Part shown: piece by piece, positions 20,283 to 29,687 of the stretch | Position numbering within the stretch: position 1 is the stretch's first letter | How the letters are laid out: the number at the start of each line of letters is the position of its first letter | Origin: Promethearchaeota archaeon | Lineage (GTDB): Archaea; Asgardarchaeota; Lokiarchaeia; Sigyniarchaeales; SOKP01 | Direction of reading: 5' to 3' | DNA length: 64,000 bases | Assembly (NCBI GenBank): GCA_019057795.1 | Contig: JAHLWS010000065.1 | Location: 1-64,000 of the forward strand | The notes under the pieces: generated by a model | Database searches by the model: none | The model's input: only the letters and a program-made list of their open reading frames with translations | Told to the model about the DNA's origin: nothing | Translations under genes and position numbers: made by a program

Positions 20283-21536
20283 TTAAGGATGCAAATATAC
20301 CAACACTTTTTCTCCTTTTTTCAATCCTTCTTTATCTTCTGATATTTCTACAATCCCATCAGACTGAGTTAATGAGCTTATGATTCCAGAGCCTTTTAAT
20401 CTAACTGGGAGAGCAAGAAAATGATTTTCTTTCTTTTCAAGTTTAACTCTCAAGAAATGTCTATATCCCATTCGCGAGACAGGTACATCTTTACTAATGG
20501 TTGCTATGATTTCTACTCTAGGATCTATGTTCATGCATCCTAACATCTTCTTGATGGTGGTTCCAACAATTAATAAAAAACAAATATACGCTGCTACAGG
20601 AGTACCGGGTAGGCAAAAAACTAACGATTGATCCATTAATCCAATTAATACAGGTGAACCGGGTCGCATCGCAATTCCATGAACCAACACCTCACCGTTT
20701 TTATGCATTATTTCGGGTAAGAAGTCTTTAGTTCCCACCGATGTTCCCCCCGTAAATATAATAATTTTAGAGTCTGCAGAAGATTTAATTAATTTATTTC
20801 TAATTTCGTCTTTACTGTCTTTAAGATTTAATTCTCTTACCACGCTTCCTCCATATGTTTCTACAAGACTTGATACCATTGGACTATTTGAATTATAGAT
20901 TTTATTTGGTGGAAGGGGATTACCTACTTCAATTAATTCGTCTCCTACAGCGAAAACACTAACTTTGGGTTTTGTTTTTATTTTGACATGTTTAATCCCT
21001 AATGAAGACAAAAGAGCGATGTGAGAAGCTTTAATTGTAATACCAGATCTTAATATTTCTGTTCCTCGAGGAATATCTTCGCCTCTTTTAGAAATATTTT
21101 TTCCCGGAACTATTGATGTATAAAGAGAAACTTTATCGCCATCAATATCAGTATCTTCTATTTTAATAACGGAATCAGAGCCTTGTGGTATTGCAGCTCC
21201 AGTGGATATTCTAACAGCTTCTCCAGATGTGAGAACAAGATCAGTATGTTCTCCAATCTCAACTGTTCCAATTTTCTTTATTACTTTTGGATTGCTAGGA
21301 GATGCACTAAATGTGTCTTCCGCTTTAACAGCGTATCCATCCATAGCAGATCTATTAAAAGGGGGAATATCGAGTTCACTGATAATATCAGTCGCTAATA
21401 CTCGGTTTAATGCTTTAGATGTTTCTACTTCATCAAGAGAAGCTGGTGTGATATAAGCTTGCATCTTTTTTAGAGCATCATCTAATAAAGTTAATCTCGA
21501 AAAACCAATTTTGTTTAAATTTTTCAGAATGCTCAC
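20283..21536 (-). CDS. moeA: Molybdopterin molybdo/tungstotransferase
   Basis: PPFNRSAMDGYAV, STGAAIP, GGTSVG, RPGSP, LPGTP. Confidence 0.93.
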   Translation of the reverse strand: MSILKNLNKIGFSRLTLLDDALKKMQAYITPASLDEVETSKALNRVLATDIISELDIPPFNRSAMDGYAVKAEDTFSASPSNPKVIKKIGTVEIGEHTDLVLTSGEAVRISTGAAIPQGSDSVIKIEDTDIDGDKVSLYTSIVPGKNISKRGEDIPRGTEILRSGITIKASHIALLSSLGIKHVKIKTKPKVSVFAVGDELIEVGNPLPPNKIYNSNSPMVSSLVETYGGSVVRELNLKDSKDEIRNKLIKSSADSKIIIFTGGTSVGTKDFLPEIMHKNGEVLVHGIAMRPGSPVLIGLMDQSLVFCLPGTPVAAYICFLLIVGTTIKKMLGCMNIDPRVEIIATISKDVPVSRMGYRHFLRVKLEKKENHFLALPVRLKGSGIISSLTQSDGIVEISEDKEGLKKGEKVLVYLHP

Positions 21537-22069
21537 TCTTTTTTATTTATCATATAAATCATATGCTTGATTTCGGGCAAAATTATTTCATTTAAAGCTA
21601 ATTTTACAGCATTAGGAGATCCTGGAAGTAAAAATACTGCTTTATTTTTGATTTTACCTGCTATTGCGCGTGATAACATCGCCGATGTACCAATATCTTT
21701 GTAAGAGAGATATCGGAATAATTCTCCGAAACCATCTATAGTTTTTTCTAATAAAGGTTGAATTGCTTCGTACGTTACATCTTTAGGTGTTAATCCTGTC
21801 CCTCCACTAAATACGATGGCGTGTAGGGAAGAATCACTTAATAATCTTTCTAACATTTCTACGATTTGAACTTGGCTATCGGACACTATCTCTGAATATG
21901 TTAGGAATACTCTAGGATTTTGACCTAAAATTTGTTGTACCAAAGGAATCGTCTTATCTGAGCTACTTTCTTTTTCTTTTAACTCATTAAATTTGGATGT
22001 GCTTACGATAACTAAGGCAAGGTTAACAATATCAGGTCCTTTTTTCTTATGTTGTTCATGAACTTTCAT
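21533..22069 (-). CDS. moaB: Molybdenum cofactor biosynthesis protein MoaB/MogA
   Basis: SGGTGLTPKDVT, GFGELFR, LSRA, LPGSP. Confidence 0.9.
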   Translation of the reverse strand: MKVHEQHKKKGPDIVNLALVIVSTSKFNELKEKESSSDKTIPLVQQILGQNPRVFLTYSEIVSDSQVQIVEMLERLLSDSSLHAIVFSGGTGLTPKDVTYEAIQPLLEKTIDGFGELFRYLSYKDIGTSAMLSRAIAGKIKNKAVFLLPGSPNAVKLALNEIILPEIKHMIYMINKKE

Positions 22070-23295
22070 TAAAAAAAATACACCCGTTTTTTTTCTCCTT
22101 TTTCAATTAGTGACTCTAATTCATCGATTTCAACATAACCATCCGCATAAAACATAGTGCTAATAGCTTCAGAACCTGTTTTTATTGGAAAAATCTTTTT
22201 AACACCATCCACATCTTGAATTTTTACAGTTTTGAATTCGTGACGACCGATCGTGCTGTATATTCTTTCTCCAACTTCGAATAGCTTAGAATAAGATTCT
22301 TTTAAAGGATAACCAGAATTTTTTCTAAGAAAATTATCGATAAAAACATAAAAACAACTTAATGCTGAAGTTGGGTATCCTGGTAGTATAAAAATCATCT
22401 TGTTTCCAAACTTGGTAAAAATTATTGGCTTACCAGGTTTAATTCTTACACCATGCACCAGAATTTCTATATCATTGTATTGTTCTAAAACTTTAGGTCC
22501 CAAATCCCCCTCACCTTTAGAAGTTCCGCCAGAAAGAATAACAATGTCAGAATATTTCAAAACATCGTCAATTACACACTTCATTTCATTAAAATCGTCC
22601 ATTAGAATTCCATAGAATTCCACTGACGCTCCTGTGTTTTCAATCGCTTTTTTCAATATTATAGAATTTACATCGTAAATTTTCCCAATTTCTAATTCTA
22701 CAACATTATCGCTGACGAGCTCGTTTCCAGTACTCATGAGCCCTACCCTTAGTTTCTTGTAAACGGGCACTTCCCTAATTCCACATGAAGCTAGAATTCC
22801 GAGAGTTGCTAAATCGATTAATCGATCTTTTTTAACGATAATTTGTTCTTTTTGAATATCATGCCCAATTTTTATTATATATGTTCCAGGAGTTATAGCT
22901 TTTGAAATTAGAATCTTTTCTTCAATTCTTTCAGTAAATTCAACCATTACTACACTATCAGCGTTTTCCGGAATGGCTGCACCCGTTGCAACGTACGAAC
23001 ATTGACCTCTGGATATTTTTTTTTGAGGTTTCTCTCCCGCAGGAATTGTTTCGATTAATTCGAATTCTATGAGGTTGTCTTCTTCAGCAAGAAAAGTATC
23101 CTCAGCAATAACAGCATAACCGTCCATTCTTGATTTACGGAAATGAGGGACATCGATAGGACTTATAATGTCTCTGAACAATACCCTATTATAGGCTTCT
23201 TCAAGGAGGATGATTTCTTCTTTAATTTTTATCTTTGGTATAGCGCTTAATATCTCTTTAAATTCTTCTACTTTAATTGTTTGTAAAAATTTCAT
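22069..23295 (-). CDS. moeA: Second MoeA paralog
   Basis: SRMDGYAV, STGNEL, SGGTSKG, KPGKP, LPGYP. Confidence 0.92.
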   Translation of the reverse strand: MKFLQTIKVEEFKEILSAIPKIKIKEEIILLEEAYNRVLFRDIISPIDVPHFRKSRMDGYAVIAEDTFLAEEDNLIEFELIETIPAGEKPQKKISRGQCSYVATGAAIPENADSVVMVEFTERIEEKILISKAITPGTYIIKIGHDIQKEQIIVKKDRLIDLATLGILASCGIREVPVYKKLRVGLMSTGNELVSDNVVELEIGKIYDVNSIILKKAIENTGASVEFYGILMDDFNEMKCVIDDVLKYSDIVILSGGTSKGEGDLGPKVLEQYNDIEILVHGVRIKPGKPIIFTKFGNKMIFILPGYPTSALSCFYVFIDNFLRKNSGYPLKESYSKLFEVGERIYSTIGRHEFKTVKIQDVDGVKKIFPIKTGSEAISTMFYADGYVEIDELESLIEKGEKKRVYFF

Positions 23296-23327
23296 TTGAA
23301 GATATCCTAATAATGATTATTTTTAAT

Positions 23328-23777
23328 TTAATGAACCCATTCTGAAGTTCCATCTAAAAAAACTTCTTTCTTCCAGACGGCTATTTCTTTTTTATATTTT
23401 TCTACAGCGAGTCTTAAAGCTTTGAATCCTTCTTCTCTATGAGAAGATGTGACTATAACATGAACTAATTCGTCTTTTATGTCAAAAACTCCTTTGAAAT
23501 GAATTATGATGACATCAACTATTCCGGGTATTTCTTTTATTTCCTTACATATTTTGTTAATGCTTTTATTTGCAAGCTCTTCATAGGCATCAATTTCTAA
23601 ATTGCGAATTAGTTTGCCATCCTTGGAATCTTTTCTTACAATTCCTGTGAAGGTTAGAATCGAACCAGCATCTTTAATTTTAGGATGGTTTTTTAGTGAA
23701 AATATGATATTACTTAAGTTAATTTCATCTTTTTCATAGATACCAGATTTAACTTGAGTAAAGTTATTATTATCCAC
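23328..23777 (-). CDS. moaE: Molybdopterin synthase large subunit
   Basis: GSILTFTGIVR, SSHREEGF, VWKKE. Confidence 0.92.
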   Translation of the reverse strand: MDNNNFTQVKSGIYEKDEINLSNIIFSLKNHPKIKDAGSILTFTGIVRKDSKDGKLIRNLEIDAYEELANKSINKICKEIKEIPGIVDVIIIHFKGVFDIKDELVHVIVTSSHREEGFKALRLAVEKYKKEIAVWKKEVFLDGTSEWVH

Positions 23778-23782
23778 TTTAG

Positions 23783-24064
23783 TTAACCCCCCGCAAAGGG
23801 TAATAAAAAAGCTACTTTATCTCCATCTATCAACTTCTTTATTCCTTTGTTTTTATCTGTGATCAATTTATCGTTTATGACGATAGAGATATTTCCCTTC
23901 AAATTTTTTATTTCGTCGTCCCATATTAGATTTTTTATTGGATTATACTTGCTAAAGATCTTTGAAGTAAGTCCTTCAATAGTGTTTTCCTTTAATTCTA
24001 AAAACTCCCTATCTTTTCCGGTTATATCCTTAAAATCAGCAAAGTAAAGTATTTCGACTTTCAT
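23783..24064 (-). CDS. moaD: MoaD/ThiS sulfur carrier (SAMP-like)
   Basis: Beta-grasp size; C-terminal DGDKVAFLLPFAGG. Confidence 0.9.
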   Translation of the reverse strand: MKVEILYFADFKDITGKDREFLELKENTIEGLTSKIFSKYNPIKNLIWDDEIKNLKGNISIVINDKLITDKNKGIKKLIDGDKVAFLLPFAGG

Positions 24065-24087
24065 TATCGTGATATCTAAAATTTTAG

Positions 24088-25008
24088 TTAATAATAAGGT
24101 TCTCTGGTATCTACAACTTGTTTAACGATTTTTTCATACATAGATAGTGTGTGATTATTCTTCAATGCCTCTTTAATGTTTGTACCTAAATCAGACCGAA
24201 ACAGACAACCAAACAGATTTCCATCGCAGCCAACTCTTAATTTTGTGCATCCCATACAAAATTCATGCCCGGGAGTAATAGTTTCAACTTTTGCTGAGTT
24301 TGGTAGTGTAAACACCTTTCGGTTTTGCATATTGCCCCTTACTTCTATATTTGTTGCTTTTCTTTCAAATTCTTCTATTAAGGGCGTTACATCGAAATAA
24401 TACTTTTTATAAAATCCATTATCTTGACTGATTGATCTAGACACTTTATGTAATTCAATTAATTGCAAAATAAACTCATTTTCAGCACAAAAATTAATCA
24501 AATCATCTACTTCCTGATCATTTATGCCTTTAAGGACTACGTAATTCAATTTAATAGGAGTAAGTCCTACTTCTTTTGCTCTCATCAATCCTTTTAGAAC
24601 TGTTTCTAAGGAATCAGACCCATATATCTTCTTATAAATACCTGGTTTTAATGTTCCTAACGATACATTAACACGGTTTAAACCAGCATCATGAAGGTCT
24701 TGAGCTTTTTCAATTAAATAAAAACCGTTTGTTGTCATAGATATATCTTTGTAAAGTTGCAGATCAGAAACATTTCTAATAATCTCGACTATTTCTTCTC
24801 TGAGTAAAGGCTCTCCGCCAGTAAATTTAATTTTGGTTACTTTTAATATTTGTGCTAATATCCTACAAAGTTGAGTAATTTCATTAACGCTTAGGTCCGT
24901 CGTTTTGGGAATGAAACCTTCTCGATCGCAGTAAATGCAATTGTAATTACAATCAGAAGTGACCGAAAATCTAATGTGCTTTATTTCTCTGTTGCAATTG
25001 TCTTTCAT
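24088..25008 (-). CDS. moaA: GTP 3',8-cyclase (radical SAM)
   Basis: CNYNCIYC, FTGGEP, FCMGC...RVGCDG...CL. Confidence 0.93.
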   Translation of the reverse strand: MKDNCNREIKHIRFSVTSDCNYNCIYCDREGFIPKTTDLSVNEITQLCRILAQILKVTKIKFTGGEPLLREEIVEIIRNVSDLQLYKDISMTTNGFYLIEKAQDLHDAGLNRVNVSLGTLKPGIYKKIYGSDSLETVLKGLMRAKEVGLTPIKLNYVVLKGINDQEVDDLINFCAENEFILQLIELHKVSRSISQDNGFYKKYYFDVTPLIEEFERKATNIEVRGNMQNRKVFTLPNSAKVETITPGHEFCMGCTKLRVGCDGNLFGCLFRSDLGTNIKEALKNNHTLSMYEKIVKQVVDTREPYY

Positions 25009-25017
25009 AATATTTTC

Positions 25018-25449
25018 TTACATTTTTTTTATTTTTTCATCAACTTTCACTTCATTAATAACTGTTATCGGATACTGTCCTTTACTATCTTTCTCATACA
25101 TCTTTACAACATCCCAAATATTTAATAATGCAATGTTAACACCCATGAGAGCTTCCATTTCTACTCCAGTTTTTGAAATGCTTTTGACAGTACATGTCAC
25201 TTTAATAATATTATCGCCTTCATAATTAAAATCAATAACAACATTACTTATAGGAATTGGGTGACATAATGGAATTAAATCAGGAACTTTTTTAACGGCA
25301 TTAATCGCTGCGATTTTTGCAATTGTAAAAACATCCCCTTTTTTAACATTTTTATTTTTAATCCGTTCAATTGTTTCTTTCTTTAGATAGATTTTCCCAG
25401 ATGCTGTTGCTATTCTTAATATTGACTTTTTTTCTGAAATATCAATCAT
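25018..25449 (-). CDS. moaC: Cyclic pyranopterin monophosphate synthase
   Basis: KKGDV, LIPLCHP, TGVEMEAL, IWDVVK. Confidence 0.95.
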   Translation of the reverse strand: MIDISEKKSILRIATASGKIYLKKETIERIKNKNVKKGDVFTIAKIAAINAVKKVPDLIPLCHPIPISNVVIDFNYEGDNIIKVTCTVKSISKTGVEMEALMGVNIALLNIWDVVKMYEKDSKGQYPITVINEVKVDEKIKKM

Positions 25450-25538
25450 TTTTTCATAAGGAACTTTTTTTTTTCGTTTTTTTCGTTTTCATTTCTCATA
25501 CATATCGATAAATTTCGCTATTATTAAAAAATTTAGGA

Positions 25539-26642
25539 TTATAGGAGTTTAACATCAGTCGCCTTGAAATTGATATAAACTTCTTTTCCAAATTTAATAC
25601 CTAATTTTTGTTGAGATAATTTTGTAACGCTTACTAAAAATCTTTCTGAATTAGTTTTAATAATAACATGGATTAAATTACCAAGATCTCGAATTTCATC
25701 AACTTTACCTTTAAATAAATTCAATGAGCTAACATTTTGAGGTGGATTTTTAGCGAGAATAATACTCTCAGGATGGATACAAACTTTCACTTTTCCTTCT
25801 TTTTGATCCGATGAAGTGATAACAATATCATTTATTTTTATTTGATTAAGATTTGATGTTGGATCTACTTGGGCGTTACCTGAAAAAATATTTTCGTAAC
25901 CTACAAAATATGCTGTGAATTCATCTTTAGGAGATTGAAATATTATGCTTGGAGAATTAATTTGATTAATTTTCCCTTGATTTAAAACCGCTATTCTATC
26001 CGCTAACTTTATTGCTTCATATCGATCGTGAGTGCTTATTATGATTGTTTTTTCTTTATCTTGTTTGATTAATTTAATAAAACTATCTAGAATTTTAATG
26101 TTGATTGGATCCAAATTTGCTGAAACCTCATCAAGTAAGTAAATTTCCGGGTTGATTATAAAATTCATAGCGATTACAACTCTCTGCATTTCTCCTCCTG
26201 ATAATGTTCTAGCGTTTTTGTTTTCCATACCAGAGAGTCCTACGGATTCAATTATTTCTTCTACTAGATGTTTGTACTGTTTATATTGCAAACCTCTAAC
26301 TTTCAATCCATAAGCGATATTGTCAAAAACCGAAGCAGCTCTTACTAAGGGTTTTTGCCTTACGAATGATAATTTTCTTCGATATAGTGTTTTTTCTTTT
26401 CTTGATAAATTTGTTATCTCTTTACCTAAATATCTTATTTCCCCTTTCGTTGGAGATTCAAGTAAGCCTAAAATTCTCAATAAAGTGGTCTTCCCACTTC
26501 CATTTGGGCCGATTATGGCAAAAGTTTCTCCCTTATTAATTGAAAAATTAATATTTGATAGTACTGAGATTACATTACCATCTTTTTTATAGTAATCTTT
26601 TGAGAGGTTTTTAACCTCAAGAAGGCTCATTCTATTTATCAC
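25539..26642 (-). CDS. tupC: Tungstate ABC transporter ATPase with TOBE domains
   Basis: GPNGSGKT, LSGGEMQR, LLDE; operon context. Confidence 0.85.
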   Translation of the reverse strand: MINRMSLLEVKNLSKDYYKKDGNVISVLSNINFSINKGETFAIIGPNGSGKTTLLRILGLLESPTKGEIRYLGKEITNLSRKEKTLYRRKLSFVRQKPLVRAASVFDNIAYGLKVRGLQYKQYKHLVEEIIESVGLSGMENKNARTLSGGEMQRVVIAMNFIINPEIYLLDEVSANLDPINIKILDSFIKLIKQDKEKTIIISTHDRYEAIKLADRIAVLNQGKINQINSPSIIFQSPKDEFTAYFVGYENIFSGNAQVDPTSNLNQIKINDIVITSSDQKEGKVKVCIHPESIILAKNPPQNVSSLNLFKGKVDEIRDLGNLIHVIIKTNSERFLVSVTKLSQQKLGIKFGKEVYINFKATDVKLL

Positions 26643-27327
26643 TCCCTTGTAATCGCGTTAAACCGTAATTTAATATAAAAGCTATTGATATTAGGATAAT
26701 ACCTAACGCTATTGCCATACCAAATTCGCCCATACGCGTTTCTAATACAATTGAGGTAGTAAATGTTCTGGTTGCCCAACGAATGTTTCCACCGACGATC
26801 ATAACAGCCCCAACTTCAGATATTGCTTGACCAAAAGCTACTAGAAAACCCGCAATAATTGATTTTTTAGAATGTTTGATTAATTCCCACCAAAGTTGCC
26901 GTTCATTGGCCCCCAAAGAAAGAACCGTTTCTTTCAAGGCGGGATCTACGCTTTCTATTGCTGCCTTTCCAGTTCCAATTATGATTGGTACCGCTAAAAG
27001 AAATTGAGCGATAATCATGGCAGTCGTCGAATATAATAACCCTAGCGATCCAAATATTCCTCCAGCAGAAAGTAGTAAAAACACTATCAGTCCCATAACT
27101 ACTGGTGGAAATCCCATAAAAGTATTTATTAAATTGCTGAGAAATCTTTTTCCACGGAATTCTCTTAATCCAATGAAAGAGCCAATTGGTAAAGAAACTA
27201 AAGCTGCAAGAAACGTAGAAGTTAAAGAGACGCGAAATGAAACTTCAATCACGCTCCAGACTTCTGGATTTAAAGTAAAAATTAAAAAAATCGCTTCTAA
27301 TATTCCTTCTATAATTTCATTTGACAT
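26632..27327 (-). CDS. tupB: Tungstate ABC transporter permease
   Basis: FMGFPPVVMGL, FGQAISEVGAVMIVGGNI. Confidence 0.92.
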   Translation of the reverse strand: MSNEIIEGILEAIFLIFTLNPEVWSVIEVSFRVSLTSTFLAALVSLPIGSFIGLREFRGKRFLSNLINTFMGFPPVVMGLIVFLLLSAGGIFGSLGLLYSTTAMIIAQFLLAVPIIIGTGKAAIESVDPALKETVLSLGANERQLWWELIKHSKKSIIAGFLVAFGQAISEVGAVMIVGGNIRWATRTFTTSIVLETRMGEFGMAIALGIILISIAFILNYGLTRLQGSDK

Positions 27328-27345
27328 CTTTCTTTTGTTATCTAT

Positions 27346-28356
27346 TTAATTAAATTCTTGTTGGTAACTTGCCCAAAAAGAAACTTCTTCTTTAGTAGTT
27401 GGGCAATTATGTGTTGAATTACACATTCCAAAGGCACCATGAAATAGTGTTTCTCCGTTTTTTGTATAAGAGTTAATTAAGTTTTGCCCATAATCAGAAG
27501 TAAGAAATCCAACAAACCTCAATACGCTACTATATTTAACATGTGAATGCATATCGGGGTTCACGGGGATTACACCATAAGGATTAAGTAAATTATCCTC
27601 CCCTACAACTGATTCAGCTAAAATTTTTAAAGTTGTATAGGTATCGTTAAAAGAGAGCCAAGTACCTCGATCTACTAAAGTATAACCCTTATTATTCGCA
27701 TCTTGGTAAGTCATTTGTAAAGTAGCTGCCATACCTTGTCCAGTTTCGGTGTATTTATCAGGCTGTCCAAACCACTCCACATCCGGAGTAACATTGATAT
27801 TTCCCCATAAAGACAATTCTTTGAAATAAGTACCTGATCCATCTCCTCGAGAGTAGAACGCTGAATTGCCAGCATCTATGCTGTCTTTCAATTTTATCAT
27901 AACAGTAGTGATGTTATCATTTGGTAGTAATTCTACAGGATTGTTTTCATGACCAACTATAATAAAATCATTGTACATGACACATGCTCTATTAATCCCA
28001 AAGGGAGTTTGCCCATCGCTATCGTTTACAAATGCATCTTCTCTTGATCTAGAATGAACAAGTATTACATCTACATCGCCATTCTCACCATATAATAAAG
28101 CTTGTCCAGTTCCAACTGATAAAACTGAAACTTCGATTCCTGTTTTTTGAGTAAATTTAGGTAGCAAATAATCTAATAATCCAGAATCATAGGTAGAAGT
28201 TGTAGTTGCTAAAGTAATTCGATTAGGATTTCGTGCAGTTAGTATGTCAAATATAAAATAAGTTCCAAATGAACCCCCAATTATTATTAAAAGCATTAAA
28301 ATAAAGGCGGTTTTATGTTCACTTATTAATATTTTTAATGATTTTTGATGTGGCAC
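27346..28356 (-). CDS. tupA: Tungstate ABC transporter substrate-binding protein
   Basis: LATTTSTYDSGLL, GTGQAL, MYNDF, SRGDGSGT; GGAGG Shine-Dalgarno-like site before the GTG. Confidence 0.92.
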   Translation of the reverse strand: MPHQKSLKILISEHKTAFILMLLIIIGGSFGTYFIFDILTARNPNRITLATTTSTYDSGLLDYLLPKFTQKTGIEVSVLSVGTGQALLYGENGDVDVILVHSRSREDAFVNDSDGQTPFGINRACVMYNDFIIVGHENNPVELLPNDNITTVMIKLKDSIDAGNSAFYSRGDGSGTYFKELSLWGNINVTPDVEWFGQPDKYTETGQGMAATLQMTYQDANNKGYTLVDRGTWLSFNDTYTTLKILAESVVGEDNLLNPYGVIPVNPDMHSHVKYSSVLRFVGFLTSDYGQNLINSYTKNGETLFHGAFGMCNSTHNCPTTKEEVSFWASYQQEFN

Positions 28357-28677
28357 TTTTTTTATCCTCCCGCTAAACTTACGTTAATAATTAATAAGAT
28401 TCCAATAATCATGTCTTTATTTTCCATCTTAAATTCATTCTATTATTTTCTTTAAAAATTTATATTATAATTCAATTTTTTATTATTTAAAAAAGATCTC
28501 GTTTGGTCTGACCAAACATATCGGAGTAATAACGAGCCGTTCAAGTAATGTTGCGATATATCTACCCAGAGGGCTTAAATATTAAAGGAACAGAACTGCT
28601 TAGGAAAATTCAGCAATATTTTAGATTTCTTTATTAAAAGATTCTTTCAGGGCTTTTATCAATTAATTTAAAAAATC

Positions 28678-28812
28678 TTAAAAAGTTGGATTTTTTTCCT
28701 TCCATTTCTTAAAAACAGTCTCGTTCTCCAAATCAGTATCCTTGATTGCTTTGATTAAATTAGAATAAGCATCCAGCTTGTGATAATTAGCTAGTTTATC
28801 AATATCCGGTAA
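28678..28812 (-). pseudogene. Probable C-terminal gene remnant
   Basis: 44 sense codons with no ATG (LPDIDKLANYHKLDAYSNLIKAIKDTDLENETVFKKWKEKNPTF), starting right after the vapC stop. Confidence 0.3.
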
Positions 28813-28813
28813 T

Positions 28814-29230
28814 TTATATTGGATCAATCCGTTTTATGAGCATTATTTTATCAAAATCTGAATCATGAGAATAGATTTCTTGAATCTTATTCTCTAGTAA
28901 GCTTGCCGCAATTAAGGAATCCCTCCCCCCAGTCCTATACTTTTCAGCTATCTCAAATGCAAATAATATTGAAGATGTAGAAATGTCTAATACATTGATA
29001 TTTTTAGAATCGATAATAGCAATTAACCGCTTCTTAACCTCAACCTCTTTATATTTAAATGCTTTAACTAACGCATGAAAACATTCCATAAATACAATTG
29101 AAGGAATGCTTACGAGTTCTTTTCCATTAACTATATTAATTAAAAGTTCTTTACAAGGTAAATGTTCAGGAAGATCTTTATTTAATGCATACACAAGAAT
29201 GTTCGAATCGATCCCCTTCATGATTTCCAC
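28814..29230 (-). CDS. vapC: VapC-like PIN-domain toxin
   Basis: IDSNILVY, conserved E, RDSLIAA, IYSHDSDFDKI. Confidence 0.9.
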   Translation of the reverse strand: MEIMKGIDSNILVYALNKDLPEHLPCKELLINIVNGKELVSIPSIVFMECFHALVKAFKYKEVEVKKRLIAIIDSKNINVLDISTSSILFAFEIAEKYRTGGRDSLIAASLLENKIQEIYSHDSDFDKIMLIKRIDPI

Positions 29231-29448
29231 ATACTCTTACTTGCCTTTATTACATCTACGTTTTTTAAACCCTCTGATAATGGATTCTCTAAAATCTCGA
29301 GAATTTTATCTTTATTAACCATCTTTTTTCTAAGATCATGACAGAAAATAAAATAATCACCAATTTTCATGTTGAGATGATCTGCTTCCTTTTTAATCTC
29401 CCACCACTTCTCTTTTAACTCATCATCAATTACAATATTAGTCCTCAT
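29218..29448 (-). CDS. vapB: VapB-like antitoxin
   Basis: MRTNIVIDDEL N-terminus; overlaps the PIN gene. Confidence 0.75.
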   Translation of the reverse strand: MRTNIVIDDELKEKWWEIKKEADHLNMKIGDYFIFCHDLRKKMVNKDKILEILENPLSEGLKNVDVIKASKSMWKS

Positions 29449-29453
29449 ATATG

Positions 29454-29474
29454 TAAGTATGTATTACATACTTA
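29454..29474. promoter_or_regulatory. Perfect 21-bp palindrome, likely the vapBC operator
   Basis: taagtatgta-t-tacatactta, 5 nt upstream of the antitoxin ATG. Confidence 0.7.
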
Positions 29475-29687
29475 AAAGCTTTACTTAATTTAAATTATTA
29501 TAGACTCTGGAAAAGCACTTGGAAGTTAAAGGATGTTACATTTCTTTTTTAGTAGGGGGTTACCACGGGGGAGGGAGATAATAGGGAGAAAATAATATCC
29601 ATCAGTTTAAGATAAAAAGTTAATTTAAAAATTAATAAATAAAAGTTAGTTAGGGCATTGTTATAATGTTAGTATCTTCGTCTAATT

